The notes: generated by a model not told the origin, from the letters alone. Numbered from the stretch's first letter, positions 46,385 to 56,288 are shown. The stretch is 56,288 bases of DNA from Candidatus Moraniibacteriota bacterium (GCA_947311515.1 CAMZLB010000018.1:1-56288), one strand, 5' to 3'. Numbers and translations are program-made.

Positions 46385-48895
46385 ATGGATATAGTTTCAT
46401 CAAAAAATAAAAATATACATTTAAAACAAAAAAGAAAAGTTATCGAAGACATAAAAAAGAAGCAAATGTCTAGTATAAGAAAATCTTTTGTAGAAGTTAG
46501 TCATGGACGACATGTGAATGGTATGTCGGGTTTTTTAGATTCTAAAAATATGTCATCTAATAAAGAACTGGTGCATGAGAGACATAACAAAAAAGAAACA
46601 AAGTTTTCTGATTTAAAGAGCGTTGAAAAGAAACATTATTTTGACTTAGTGCAGGAAAAAGTAGATGAGCATAAAGATAAAGAACTTAATAAGGTCAAGA
46701 CTGTAAGAGGTAAAAAGAATTTTAGTGATAAAAAAGCTGAGAGTTTAGTTGATAATTCTAATAATCTTTTTTGGGAACATAGATTAAAAAGAGAAAATTA
46801 TTCAAAAATCAGAAAGTTGAAAGCAGAAGAACTCAGTAAGGAAAAAAGTACAAAAGCGATAAAAATTTATAAGTCTAAATTAAAAGAAAGGTTTGAAAAT
46901 AAAAATGAAAAAGCTATTAAATCTAAGCTTTTGAGAAAAATTTCTATTAATTTTGGTGTAGTTATTTTTGGGTTATTATTATTTGTTGGAGCTATATTTT
47001 TTGTGGGAGATGTTATGGCTATCAAAGATAAAATAATGTCTTCTAAAGATGAAGTAATTGAGTCAACTAAGCATATAGTAGTTAGCGTAAGAGAATCGGA
47101 TATAGATGCTTTTTATAGAGAAATAGAGAATTCTTATGAAATTTTATTTGAAGCTCAAAATGACTTACGGAGCATAGGTAGGCATATTATTTGGATATCT
47201 AGATATATACCAGTAGCTTCAAAGCTTGCATCTGGGGATGCCTTGTTATCTGCAGGAGTGGATTTAATTAGAGCAACAGAACTGATTATTGAATACGGCA
47301 AAGAATTAAAAGAACTAAATGTAATGAATGAAGAATATTTTAATTTTTTAAAATTTGCAAGTGAAGGATTAGATGTATTAGATGATATAAATAGGACTTT
47401 GATTTCGGCTCAAAAGCAGTTAGAAATAGTTAAGATAGATGATTTGCCAGCAGATGCTCAAAAATATGTTGTTGATTTACGTAGGATTTTGCCAAAAATT
47501 AAATCTCATATAAAAGATGTAGTAAAAATAAAGCTAGACATTGAAGACATGCTTGGAGCAAATGGTCCAAGGTCTTATTTGTTTTTATTTCAAAATAATC
47601 AAGAATCTAGAGCTACAGGTGGTTTTATTGGTAGTTATGCACTTTTAGATATTCTTGATGGAGAAATAAGAGAGTTTTATGTTGATGGAATATTTAATCC
47701 CGATGGACAATTGGCAGATAAGGTTGTTCCTCCATTACCTATTCAAAAAATATCGGCAGCATGGAGCTTGCATGATAGTAATTGGTGGCCAGATTTTCCA
47801 AAGAGTGCGAAAGTTGCAATGGATTTTTATGAAAGAACGGGAGGTAGAAGTGTTGATGGTGTAGTAATGATTACTCCTACAATGATGGAAAAATTGTTAA
47901 AAATAACAGGTCCTATATACATGAAAGAATATAATGTTACCTTAACTTCTGATAATTTTGTAGAGAAAACTCAATATAAGGTTGAAGTTGATTACGATAA
48001 AGAAGAAAATAAACCAAAGAAGATATTAAGTGATTTAATACCACTCATAGTAGATAAATTGAAGAAAGATTTTTCAGGTGATGTTGCTGTAAAGATTATG
48101 AGTATGATAGAAGAAGGATTTGATGAAAAACATATTATAATGTATGCAAAAAATAAAAAATTGCAGGATTATATAGTGAGTCACAGGTGGGGAGGTGAAA
48201 TTCAGGAAACTACAGGTGATTATATAAGCGTTATAAATACAAATATAAATGGTTATAAGACAGATGGAGTAATAGATCAAATAATATCTCACAATTCAGA
48301 GATTAAGGAAGATGGTAGTATCATAGATACAGTTACTATCTCTAGGGAGCATAGAGGAGGATATACAGGAAAGGAATGGTGGGATGCAGTAAATGCTAAT
48401 TATATGCGTGTGTATGTACCAAAAGGTTCAAAATTAATATCTGCAACAGGACATACGAGAGAAGTAAATGATGAAAGATTATCCTATGATAAAATAGGAT
48501 TTGAAAGATATGGATATATAAAAGATGAGGAGAAAAATACTGAAATTCATGAAGTTTCTGGTACAAAAATATATAGCGAATCAGATAAAACAGTTTTTGC
48601 TAATTGGGTTTATGTTTCTCCACAGGAAAAAGTGCATGTTACTTATGTATATAAACTTCCATGGAAGTTAAAATTTAAAAAAAATGATGATGGTAGATTA
48701 ATTTCTTCTCATAGTCTTTTGATGCAGAAACAATCAGGCTCTACTAACGTTGAAATGAATACTACTGTAAATTTTCCAAAAAATATTAATATAGAATGGA
48801 GTACACATGAAGCAAGTGAACATAGTCTAAACATTAAAAGTGATTTGGATAAAGATTATTATTATGGAGTAGTACTCACTAAAAATATTTTGTGA
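46385..48895 (+). CDS. DUF4012 domain membrane-anchored protein
   Basis: YL.LFQN..E.RATGGFIGS, DSNW.PDFP.SA, Y.RVYVP.GS.L and QKQSG. Confidence 0.85.
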   Translation: MDIVSSKNKNIHLKQKRKVIEDIKKKQMSSIRKSFVEVSHGRHVNGMSGFLDSKNMSSNKELVHERHNKKETKFSDLKSVEKKHYFDLVQEKVDEHKDKELNKVKTVRGKKNFSDKKAESLVDNSNNLFWEHRLKRENYSKIRKLKAEELSKEKSTKAIKIYKSKLKERFENKNEKAIKSKLLRKISINFGVVIFGLLLFVGAIFFVGDVMAIKDKIMSSKDEVIESTKHIVVSVRESDIDAFYREIENSYEILFEAQNDLRSIGRHIIWISRYIPVASKLASGDALLSAGVDLIRATELIIEYGKELKELNVMNEEYFNFLKFASEGLDVLDDINRTLISAQKQLEIVKIDDLPADAQKYVVDLRRILPKIKSHIKDVVKIKLDIEDMLGANGPRSYLFLFQNNQESRATGGFIGSYALLDILDGEIREFYVDGIFNPDGQLADKVVPPLPIQKISAAWSLHDSNWWPDFPKSAKVAMDFYERTGGRSVDGVVMITPTMMEKLLKITGPIYMKEYNVTLTSDNFVEKTQYKVEVDYDKEENKPKKILSDLIPLIVDKLKKDFSGDVAVKIMSMIEEGFDEKHIIMYAKNKKLQDYIVSHRWGGEIQETTGDYISVINTNINGYKTDGVIDQIISHNSEIKEDGSIIDTVTISREHRGGYTGKEWWDAVNANYMRVYVPKGSKLISATGHTREVNDERLSYDKIGFERYGYIKDEEKNTEIHEVSGTKIYSESDKTVFANWVYVSPQEKVHVTYVYKLPWKLKFKKNDDGRLISSHSLLMQKQSGSTNVEMNTTVNFPKNINIEWSTHEASEHSLNIKSDLDKDYYYGVVLTKNIL

Positions 48896-48901
48896 AATTT
48901 T

Positions 48902-48930
48902 TTGACATAGAGATGTATAGGTAATATAAT
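48902..48930 (+). promoter_or_regulatory. consensus sigma70 promoter of murJ paralogue 2
   Basis: TTGACA, N17, TATAAT, 8 nt before the ATG. Confidence 0.75.
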
Positions 48931-48938
48931 ACCATTAT

Positions 48939-50585
48939 ATGTTTTTAAGAATACGTAAATTTATAAAGGATAAGCAATCGTCTTCTATAGCTGTAGCAGC
49001 ACTCATAGTATCCATATTTGGGATAGTTAGTAGAATATTGGGACTTATTAGAGATAGGATACTTTCCGCTCATTATGGTGCAGGGGATATACTTGATGTT
49101 TATTATGCGGCATTTAGAATTCCTGATTTCATATTCGAATTGTTAATTGTAGGTTCTTTTTCTGCTGCATTCATACCTATTTTTACAAAGCTTAGAGTTA
49201 GGGATAAAGAGAAACAATCTTGGCAATTAGTGCAGGATTTATTACTTTTAGTTACCTTAGGAATTACTTTACTTGTAATAATAGGCATAATATTTGCACC
49301 TAGCTTAATGCATATTATAGTACCAGGATTCACGGAAGAGAAAATTGGTTTGTCTACAGAATTTATGAGGATTATGCTGATAAGTCCTATGTTTTTAGCA
49401 GTATCTGCAATTATAGGTGGAGTACTGGTTTCCCTTAAAAGATTTGTTTTATATGCTAGCGCGCCTTTATTTTATAATATTGGAATTATCATTGGTATTA
49501 CAATACTTGTTCCATACCTTGATAATCCAATTGGTTTAGCTTGGGGCGTTGTACTTGGAGCTTTTTTGCATTTTGTTATTCATTCCTTTGCTCTTAGAGG
49601 AATTGGTTGGAAATTTAAATTGCCAAGTTTTAATTTTTATAAAAATCCAGATGTTAAAAATGTAATAAATTTAATGATACCTAGAATTTTTGGAGGTGCT
49701 TCTAATCAAATTTCACTCATATTTGTAACAATGTTTGCCTCAGGACTTTCTTCAGGTAGTTTAGTAATTTTTACTTTTGCTCAGAATATTCAAGGTGTCA
49801 TACTTGGTCTTATTGGCACATCATTTGCCTTAGCAGTTTTTCCAACACTTAGTGCAAAGTATGCTAGAGGTGATATGGAGAAATTTACTTTTTTGTTTGA
49901 AAAAACATTTAAAAGAATACTTTATTATGCAATACCTTTGAGTGTAATATTTTGGATTTTGCGAGCGCAAATTGTGCGTGTGATTTATGGAGCAGGTAAT
50001 TTTGATTGGAGGGCTACAGAAATAACTATTGAAGTACTAGGTATTCTTCTGATATCTTCTTTTGCACAGACTTCAATTCCTCTTTTGGCGAGAGTCTTTT
50101 ACGCTATGGAAAATACAAAAATACCAGTATATACTGCAATTTATAGTCAGATAATTAATTTATCGTGCATTGTTTTTTTTATAAAAGATTATGGTATAAA
50201 AGCTATTGCAGCAGCTTTTACTATTTCTACATTTTTTAACGTGATTGTTTTGCTTGTAATTATAGGTAGATATTTAGATGATATTATTTTTAAAAAAGTA
50301 ATACAAACATTTTTATATATAGTAGTTGCTTCTCTTGGTGCCGGATTTATCACTTATGCTGTTAGGGATTTAATAGGGGCTAAGTTTTCTTTATTCTACG
50401 TTTGGGAGGTTTTTTTGCAATTAGTTTTATCTGGAATTTCAGGGATATTTATGTATTTTGGACTTAGTGCTTTATTTAATATCCAAGAATTTGAAACAAT
50501 AAAAAATAATATAATAATGAAAATTTTTGGAAAACCTATTGTAGCAGGAGAAGAGCAACACCATACTACAGGAACTAGGTCTTAA
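48939..50585 (+). CDS. murJ: lipid II flippase MurJ/MviN (paralogue 2, canonical)
   Basis: SRILGLIRD, DVYYAAFRIPD, FSAAFIP, FPTLS and R.FYA..NTK.P. Confidence 0.93.
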   Translation: MFLRIRKFIKDKQSSSIAVAALIVSIFGIVSRILGLIRDRILSAHYGAGDILDVYYAAFRIPDFIFELLIVGSFSAAFIPIFTKLRVRDKEKQSWQLVQDLLLLVTLGITLLVIIGIIFAPSLMHIIVPGFTEEKIGLSTEFMRIMLISPMFLAVSAIIGGVLVSLKRFVLYASAPLFYNIGIIIGITILVPYLDNPIGLAWGVVLGAFLHFVIHSFALRGIGWKFKLPSFNFYKNPDVKNVINLMIPRIFGGASNQISLIFVTMFASGLSSGSLVIFTFAQNIQGVILGLIGTSFALAVFPTLSAKYARGDMEKFTFLFEKTFKRILYYAIPLSVIFWILRAQIVRVIYGAGNFDWRATEITIEVLGILLISSFAQTSIPLLARVFYAMENTKIPVYTAIYSQIINLSCIVFFIKDYGIKAIAAAFTISTFFNVIVLLVIIGRYLDDIIFKKVIQTFLYIVVASLGAGFITYAVRDLIGAKFSLFYVWEVFLQLVLSGISGIFMYFGLSALFNIQEFETIKNNIIMKIFGKPIVAGEEQHHTTGTRS

Positions 50586-50898
50586 AATATTTCTTATATT
50601 ATTTTCATTTAATAATTGAATAGAATAAAAGGATAGAATGTGTTAGAGAATAAAATTATAGCTAGTTGTGGTAGTTGGAAAATTCGTAGAGAAATTGGTA
50701 CTAAAATGCAAAATTACTTCTAATTAATAAAAAAGTTTATCTTGAAGGGTCTTTTTCTGTACAAGAATTAGATAAGAATTTGAAACAAATTTATAATTTT
50801 AAAATAACTAAATTTATTTTAAAAAAAGGTTGATATTTGTGTTTTAAATGTACAAAGAAATTGTAAAAATAAAAAATTTGCTGATATTTAGCTTGAGT

Positions 50899-51300
50899 CT
50901 ATATAGATTTATCTGAATTAGGTAAATTTAATGAATTTATTATTATATAAATTAAAAATGTAGATATAGACATTAGTAAAATTTTTAAATAAACAGGAAA
51001 GGATTTTAAAGATAAAAATACAAATGGTGTTATGAAAATTAATATTATAATTTTTTGTTTCATTGAGGACTTGCTAGTTTCATAATCTATTCTCTGTACA
51101 TTTGATATTGCTATAGTTGTAATTATAAAGAAAATAAGAAGTATAAACAGTGTTCCAACTGAAATATAAGAGGATATAATACCTTTTAAAATAAAATCAG
51201 ACATAAAAAAAATAGATATAATAAAGAGTAATATAGTTATTACATCTATTAATATTTTGTATAGAATTTTTGATTGTATATTTTTTAAAAAAAATGACAT
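50899..51300 (-). CDS. hypothetical membrane protein (about 4 TM)
   Basis: Hydrophobic ORF, tightly packed in a three-gene minus-strand operon. Confidence 0.7.
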   Translation of the reverse strand: MSFFLKNIQSKILYKILIDVITILLFIISIFFMSDFILKGIISSYISVGTLFILLIFFIITTIAISNVQRIDYETSKSSMKQKIIILIFITPFVFLSLKSFPVYLKILLMSISTFLIYIIINSLNLPNSDKSI

Positions 51301-51301
51301 A

Positions 51302-52237
51302 TTAATTACTTCTAATAGTTATTAAATTTTTTATTTGAAACAGTCTTTTGGCTAAATTTTCTTTTGATTTCTTTGTGTAAAAGACAGTTTCTATTTCTTT
51401 TATCTGTGTGGGAATTAAATCTGCTGTGTAAAAAATAAAACGTTTTCCAGGAAAATTTAGTATATTTTCTAAATTAAAATTACAGGAATATGTATTAAGT
51501 GGTAGTATTTTTTTATTTAATATACAGGTTGAGTGTATTTTTTTAGATTTTTCTTTGACTTTTATTATATTTATTGAGCTGCTTTTATCTATTTTAATTA
51601 TTTTTTTATCGTCAGTTACTTTAAAGTAATTATTTGTATCAGTGGCATGAAATATTGTATTTGGTATATGATAGTCAGATAGTGATAGTAAGTTGCCTTT
51701 TTTATATAGAGAACGTTCTTCTTTGGTTGTTTCTATGATGTTATTGAAGTTATAACCACTCATAATAAGAGTTTCTACTGAATCAAATGGGAATTTTTCA
51801 AAATTACTTGAAATATACACTGAATTCTTAGAAGAAAATAGTGAATTATCAGGAAGAGGTTTAATATCTGAATGATTGATAATATCGTTTTTTGCAGTAG
51901 AAATATTGTAGAAAAAAGCTCCATAAGATTTGTATAAATTAATTTCTATACGTTCTGGTAGAGTTGAATTTTTATCAAGTTTCAAATATAGTTTTAAGGA
52001 ATCCATTTCTCTAGGTGGGACTATGCTAAATGTAGTAATATTATCTTTAAGTCTAGGTTTTTCTATTCTATATCTGAAATCACCAGTTAAATTTTGGCGA
52101 CTAGTCGGAAAAGCCAGTTCTAGTAAAAAAAGAAATGCTAAGACAAAAAATATAAAAATAAGCACTATTCTAAGGATAAGATAGGTATTACTCTGTTTTT
52201 TTGACAGTATTATATTTTTTGAAAAATCTAGAAACAT
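51302..52237 (-). CDS. membrane-anchored hypothetical protein
   Basis: One N-terminal TM segment, 311 aa, operonic spacing. Confidence 0.75.
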   Translation of the reverse strand: MFLDFSKNIILSKKQSNTYLILRIVLIFIFFVLAFLFLLELAFPTSRQNLTGDFRYRIEKPRLKDNITTFSIVPPREMDSLKLYLKLDKNSTLPERIEINLYKSYGAFFYNISTAKNDIINHSDIKPLPDNSLFSSKNSVYISSNFEKFPFDSVETLIMSGYNFNNIIETTKEERSLYKKGNLLSLSDYHIPNTIFHATDTNNYFKVTDDKKIIKIDKSSSINIIKVKEKSKKIHSTCILNKKILPLNTYSCNFNLENILNFPGKRFIFYTADLIPTQIKEIETVFYTKKSKENLAKRLFQIKNLITIRSN

Positions 52238-52241
52238 TTAA

Positions 52242-53978
52242 TTATTTTAGTTTAAATATATAATTTTTTACAGTTATGTTTTTATGAATAAATGAAATAG
52301 GATGTGACTTCTGAGGAGGTAGAAATGATGTATTAAATGTGAATGTATCATAAGGTATTAAGTTTTTAATTAAAGAACTGTATAATGAAGTGTCATTCTT
52401 AGGGACGACTAGAAATACGTTTTGAAATTTACTTTTATTAATTTTGGAATAGTCATTTTCATTGAAAAAATAGACAGCATGTAAGTTGTACTCAGTTCTA
52501 AGTGGTCCACTAAGCATGTAAAAGCCATCACCTGACACATTTTGAGATAATAATATTAAGTCGTTATTTGAGAACTTTTTAGCAAGAATTTCAGTACTGT
52601 TCTGAAGGTTGATATGATTTTTATTTGATAACAATGGAACTGTAGATGACAAATTTAGTATGATAAAAAATATAAATAAAACATTTGGTAAATATTTAGA
52701 TTTATTGTGTGATATAAGAGCAATGAATGCTGTAGTATAGAGAAGTGTTATGGGAATAAGCACAAATACATATCGTCTAAGCATCCAAGGAGCATCCTGA
52801 GAAATATTTGGGTTCAAGTAGTACACAAATATAGGTAATACTAAAAATAAGGGAAGAAGGATAATTTTTTTGATTTCTTTTCGTATTGATATATGAAAAA
52901 CATATATAGCACAAAAAATAAGTGGAACAAAGATGTTGAAGGTTAAAAATACATCTATCAAAAAAGAAAATTTATCTTCACTAGATGCACTGTGAGTAAA
53001 TGTTGGCAATTTACTTATAAATACTCCAAATAATGTTTTATAAAAAGAAAAGTTAGTAATTAATGCTGCAATGGAGACGGAAAAAAAGAAACTTGTAAAT
53101 AGAGTGGTAATTAGGGTATAATTTATGATTATTTTTTTTAAAGTCTCTTTATCTCTAAAAATTAAATACAGAGTTATAAACAGAAACCAGAGTCCTTCTA
53201 TTCTAGTAAATGTAAGAATACCTACTGTTAACAGTAACAGAATTAGTGTTAAATTATTTTTTTCTTTATAATAAAATAAGAATAAGATTATCAGAGAAAA
53301 AATTAAAGTTGATGCAAGATTCTCAGATAAGGAAAAAGATGTGAAATATAAAGTAGGAGCTGATGTGATAAGAATTACTAAAAACCAGTATATATATTTA
53401 GTAGATGGAAGTATAAATCTAGATATAGATACGATAATTATTATAAAGGAAAAAAATAAGGTTGCATTTGCAATTGATATACCAAGAAGTCCAAAAATAC
53501 CAATAAAACCAGCTAAAAATGTAATATATGGAAGTGGAAATTGAGTCGTTAATGCTCCAGTTGCATTATAATGAAATCCAGGGAAATTAAGAGCTTTTCC
53601 TGCACCATAATGTTCAAAAAACATATCAGATTCATCTGTATGAAAAAAAGCACTATGATGTTTGTTTAGTTGAATGGCTGCATGACTTATAGAACCCTGA
53701 TCTCTTCCTGTAAATATTGTAGGATTTGAATTTAATATTATAAACCCTCCTAAAATACTAGATATGATAATTGTGTAGAATAGTGTTTTGGAGGGTTTTG
53801 GAAATTTTATGATTTTTTTGTAGATAAATATGGCATTTAATAAAATCCAGATACTCCATACTAAGTTAATATAAAATATACCAAGCAGAGTCAAAAAAAA
53901 TGCAATCCAAGTATAAGAAATGATCAATATTATAATAGATTGAATGATTGATATGTCATTTTTACAAAAGTTTTTCAT
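52242..53978 (-). CDS. polytopic membrane protein, probable GT-C glycosyltransferase
   Basis: More than 10 TM segments; GRDQG in the first large loop, SE, TR.EG and RRY motifs typical of GT-C/ArnT-like proteins. Start set at ATG 53978. Confidence 0.65.
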   Translation of the reverse strand: MKNFCKNDISIIQSIIILIISYTWIAFFLTLLGIFYINLVWSIWILLNAIFIYKKIIKFPKPSKTLFYTIIISSILGGFIILNSNPTIFTGRDQGSISHAAIQLNKHHSAFFHTDESDMFFEHYGAGKALNFPGFHYNATGALTTQFPLPYITFLAGFIGIFGLLGISIANATLFFSFIIIIVSISRFILPSTKYIYWFLVILITSAPTLYFTSFSLSENLASTLIFSLIILFLFYYKEKNNLTLILLLLTVGILTFTRIEGLWFLFITLYLIFRDKETLKKIIINYTLITTLFTSFFFSVSIAALITNFSFYKTLFGVFISKLPTFTHSASSEDKFSFLIDVFLTFNIFVPLIFCAIYVFHISIRKEIKKIILLPLFLVLPIFVYYLNPNISQDAPWMLRRYVFVLIPITLLYTTAFIALISHNKSKYLPNVLFIFFIILNLSSTVPLLSNKNHINLQNSTEILAKKFSNNDLILLSQNVSGDGFYMLSGPLRTEYNLHAVYFFNENDYSKINKSKFQNVFLVVPKNDTSLYSSLIKNLIPYDTFTFNTSFLPPQKSHPISFIHKNITVKNYIFKLK

Positions 53979-54039
53979 GTGTATATTATACAAGATAAAG
54001 TGAATAATTGCACTTTAATATAGATAAGGAGATATGTCT

Positions 54040-54072
54040 AAAAATAAATAAACCCAAGAATATTGGGTTTAT
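54040..54072 (-). terminator. intrinsic terminator
   Basis: Stem ATAAACCCAA (54048-54057) / TTGGGTTTAT (54063-54072), followed by a T-rich tract on the minus strand. Confidence 0.65.
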
Positions 54073-54149
54073 GAGAAGAAGTCTTTGTTATAAAACTTCA
54101 AAAATTACTCTTTTTAATCTTTATTACTAGTTAATTTTACAGTTTTTCC

Positions 54150-54527
54150 TTAAAATAAGGATCGCATTCCATATAGATATAGACCAAACGCAACAAGTGT
54201 TGCTAGTAAATATAGAATATTAAGATATCCCCCTTTTTTTTCTTTAAGGCTAGTATTGTAAAAATTGTAATATAATATTCCAGTTAAAATGTTTAACACA
54301 AGTGTTATTGTATATACAATAGATATTTCTAATTGGTATAAATTGTACAATATTTGAAACATTAAAATAAATAGAATTATATCAAAAAAAGTTATTATAA
54401 TTACATTTTGTAATAAGTCTCTGTATTTATCATTGTTATATATGACAAATAATGTAAATAATCCTAATATTAGTAATGGACTACCATTATCATGTGTTGT
54501 AAATGTTAAAAAACTAGAGAATTCCAT
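54150..54527 (-). CDS. hypothetical membrane protein (about 4 TM)
   Basis: Hydrophobic ORF with AAAGGA ribosome site and its own terminator. Confidence 0.7.
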   Translation of the reverse strand: MEFSSFLTFTTHDNGSPLLILGLFTLFVIYNNDKYRDLLQNVIIITFFDIILFILMFQILYNLYQLEISIVYTITLVLNILTGILYYNFYNTSLKEKKGGYLNILYLLATLVAFGLYLYGMRSLF

Positions 54528-55261
54528 TTTAAATCCTTTTAGAAATTTGGAAATAGGTTTAGGTAGTTGAAATTAAGTTTTTATGAATAATTTAACTAAC
54601 AATAAAAGTTTAACATATCACACAAAACTTTACAAATATCTGATACATGACATGCTAAAATCATGTGTTGTAGTTTCGGTTCACAAAATAAAAAAGTATA
54701 AAAAATGTTTCATGAAATGCAAAATGTTTAATAGTTTTGATTATTTTGCAATACACTTTCCAAGAACCTAGCTAAATGTCATATTTTATCTATAAGGATT
54801 CTATTTTTGTGGGATTTTATATAGAAGATGAAAATGGGTATTTAATTACGATTTTTTGTAATATTTTTTGTAAAATAAATTACATTTAGAGATTCTATTG
54901 CATTACACGTAGTAGTTTTAAATGTGTAAGTAACTTATAAAATAGTTAAAAATCTAGTTAAATTTAGTAAAAAATAACAAAGATTACTTGTAAATTTTTA
55001 TTTAAAAGGTATGATGTTCAATAGTAGTTACTAAATTTATTAAATAAAAGTATAAAAATATTAGTAGAAAATATATTATACAAAGTAAGTATTATTAGAA
55101 AAAGTTTGATCTTTGAAGTAATGTATTATTTCTTTTCATGTTCAATTCAGTGCAGAGTACGTTTTTTATGGATAAAATCTTTCTAAAAATAATAGGTTTT
55201 GAGGTTTTCAGATTTGCTGATAAATGTTTATTTTCATTTAAAACTTGTTTGAAATTTATAA

Positions 55262-55288
55262 TTAGCACTCTATTGACAAGACTGCTAG
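55262..55288 (+). promoter_or_regulatory. CIRCE operator
   Basis: TTAGCACTC-N9-GACTGCTAG versus consensus TTAGCACTC-N9-GAGTGCTAA, directly upstream of hrcA. Confidence 0.88.
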
Positions 55289-55301
55289 TGTCATATATAA
55301 T
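55273..55301 (+). promoter_or_regulatory. consensus sigma70 promoter of hrcA
   Basis: TTGACA (55273-55278), N17, TATAAT (55296-55301). Confidence 0.8.
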
Positions 55302-55342
55302 TGAATTAGTGTTCGAAAATTATGGAATGCTAAGATAAAAAT

Positions 55343-56089
55343 ATGAAAATATTAAATGAACGTCAATTAAAAATTCTCTCTGCTGTGGTAGAAGAATATA
55401 CAAAAACTGCATTACCAGTCGGTTCTTCTGTGCTTAGTAAAGAATATAATTTTAAAGTTTCTAGTGCAACACTTAGAATTGATATGGTTAAACTAGAGAA
55501 AATGGGTCTCTTATATCAACCACATACTTCAGCTGGCAGAATTCCTACTGATACAGGATATAGATATTTTGTAGAGGAGGTAATGACTGATAGGGAGTTA
55601 TCAAAAGAAGAACAAATATCTTTGCAAAAAGAATTATTACAACTAAGAGCACAAAATGTCAAACTTACTCGCACAACTGCAAAATTATTATCCACAGTAT
55701 CTGGATATGTAGCATTTAGTGGAGTTCCTAGTAAAGGGGAATTTAATGAATTTGGACTCAAGAGTCTCATGGAAGGAGATATCACTGATTTGGATGATTT
55801 ATGTAGACTTACAGAAGCTCTTGATTATATAGATGAAAAATGTGATGGTTTATTGAAAGAATTATCTGATGGAAAAACAAAAATTTTTATAGGAAAAGAT
55901 AATCCTATATCAAATTCAGAAAATTATTCCATGGTTGTGAGTAAATATCAACATGGAAAAGAAGAAGGAATAGTTGCTTTAATAGGTCCAAAAAATATGA
56001 AATATGAAAAAAATAAATCACTCATAAATTATATAAAAAAAATTAAAACAGCAACAAAGAAAGAAAAGAAAAAAACCGACAAGGAATAA
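55343..56089 (+). CDS. hrcA: heat-inducible transcription repressor HrcA (short form)
   Basis: ERQ..IL..VVEEY...PVGS, SSATLR..M..LE, QPHTSAGRIPTD.GYRYFV and IGP..M.Y. The C-terminal ~15 aa look atypical. Confidence 0.93.
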   Translation: MKILNERQLKILSAVVEEYTKTALPVGSSVLSKEYNFKVSSATLRIDMVKLEKMGLLYQPHTSAGRIPTDTGYRYFVEEVMTDRELSKEEQISLQKELLQLRAQNVKLTRTTAKLLSTVSGYVAFSGVPSKGEFNEFGLKSLMEGDITDLDDLCRLTEALDYIDEKCDGLLKELSDGKTKIFIGKDNPISNSENYSMVVSKYQHGKEEGIVALIGPKNMKYEKNKSLINYIKKIKTATKKEKKKTDKE

Positions 56090-56225
56090 AAGAAGAAAAA
56101 CTTAAAGCAATAAATAGACAGAGAAACAAATTAGAAATGAAGAGAGAGGCAATACCCCCTTGCGTAAATCACCTAACCAAGTTCTTTGAATAGTTAATAA
56201 ATTGCAATTAAAACTGTAGTTTCTC
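56060..56225 (+). pseudogene. possible degraded IS30-like 3' end
   Basis: Fragments KKTD, EEKLKAI, KSPNQV (56166-56183) and IAIKT in shifting frames. AATTGCAATTAAAACTG resembles the IR at 146-171. Confidence 0.25.
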
Positions 56226-56288
56226 TTAATGTCAAATAAAGAAATGTAATAATAAGAATAATAAAAGACGAAGACCAAAATAATGATA

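Noticed and set aside
54583-55338. ORFs 54583-54771 and 55138-55338
   Set aside because: No recognisable motifs or translation signals, and the second runs through the CIRCE and promoter.

Overview
AT-rich bacterial chromosomal segment using the standard code 11. It is most likely from a Patescibacteria/CPR (Parcubacteria/Moranbacteria-like) genome; this is an inference from the short HrcA, short ATP synthase delta, DUF4012, scarce Shine-Dalgarno sites and the overall gene mix. The window opens in the 3' end of an IS30-family element. Next come aroD, an NCKX-like Ca/Na antiporter, aroC and an unexplained pair of a nucleotidyltransferase and a PD-(D/E)xK nuclease. These are followed by a complete atpZBEFHAGDC operon, mreBCD-mrdA-murJ, rlmH, TrmH genes, tRNA-Glu(CTC), lgt, tagA/wecG, gltX, and a 1130-aa signal-peptide-bearing repeat fibre with a C-terminal S74 auto-chaperone. 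The second half holds a PIF1 helicase, nth, a foreign-looking C39 peptidase with an acidic partner, ADP-forming acetate-CoA ligase, class I FBPase, GH1, a surface-glycan block (GT4, DUF4012, a second murJ, GT-C) and hrcA behind a CIRCE. Non-coding highlights are several MITE-like inverted-repeat elements, a promoter-hairpin-terminator sRNA candidate upstream of aroD, and a recurrent leaderless promoter architecture. No CRISPR array, rRNA, reverse transcriptase or prophage core genes were seen. All calls rest on motif recognition by eye; no searches were run.
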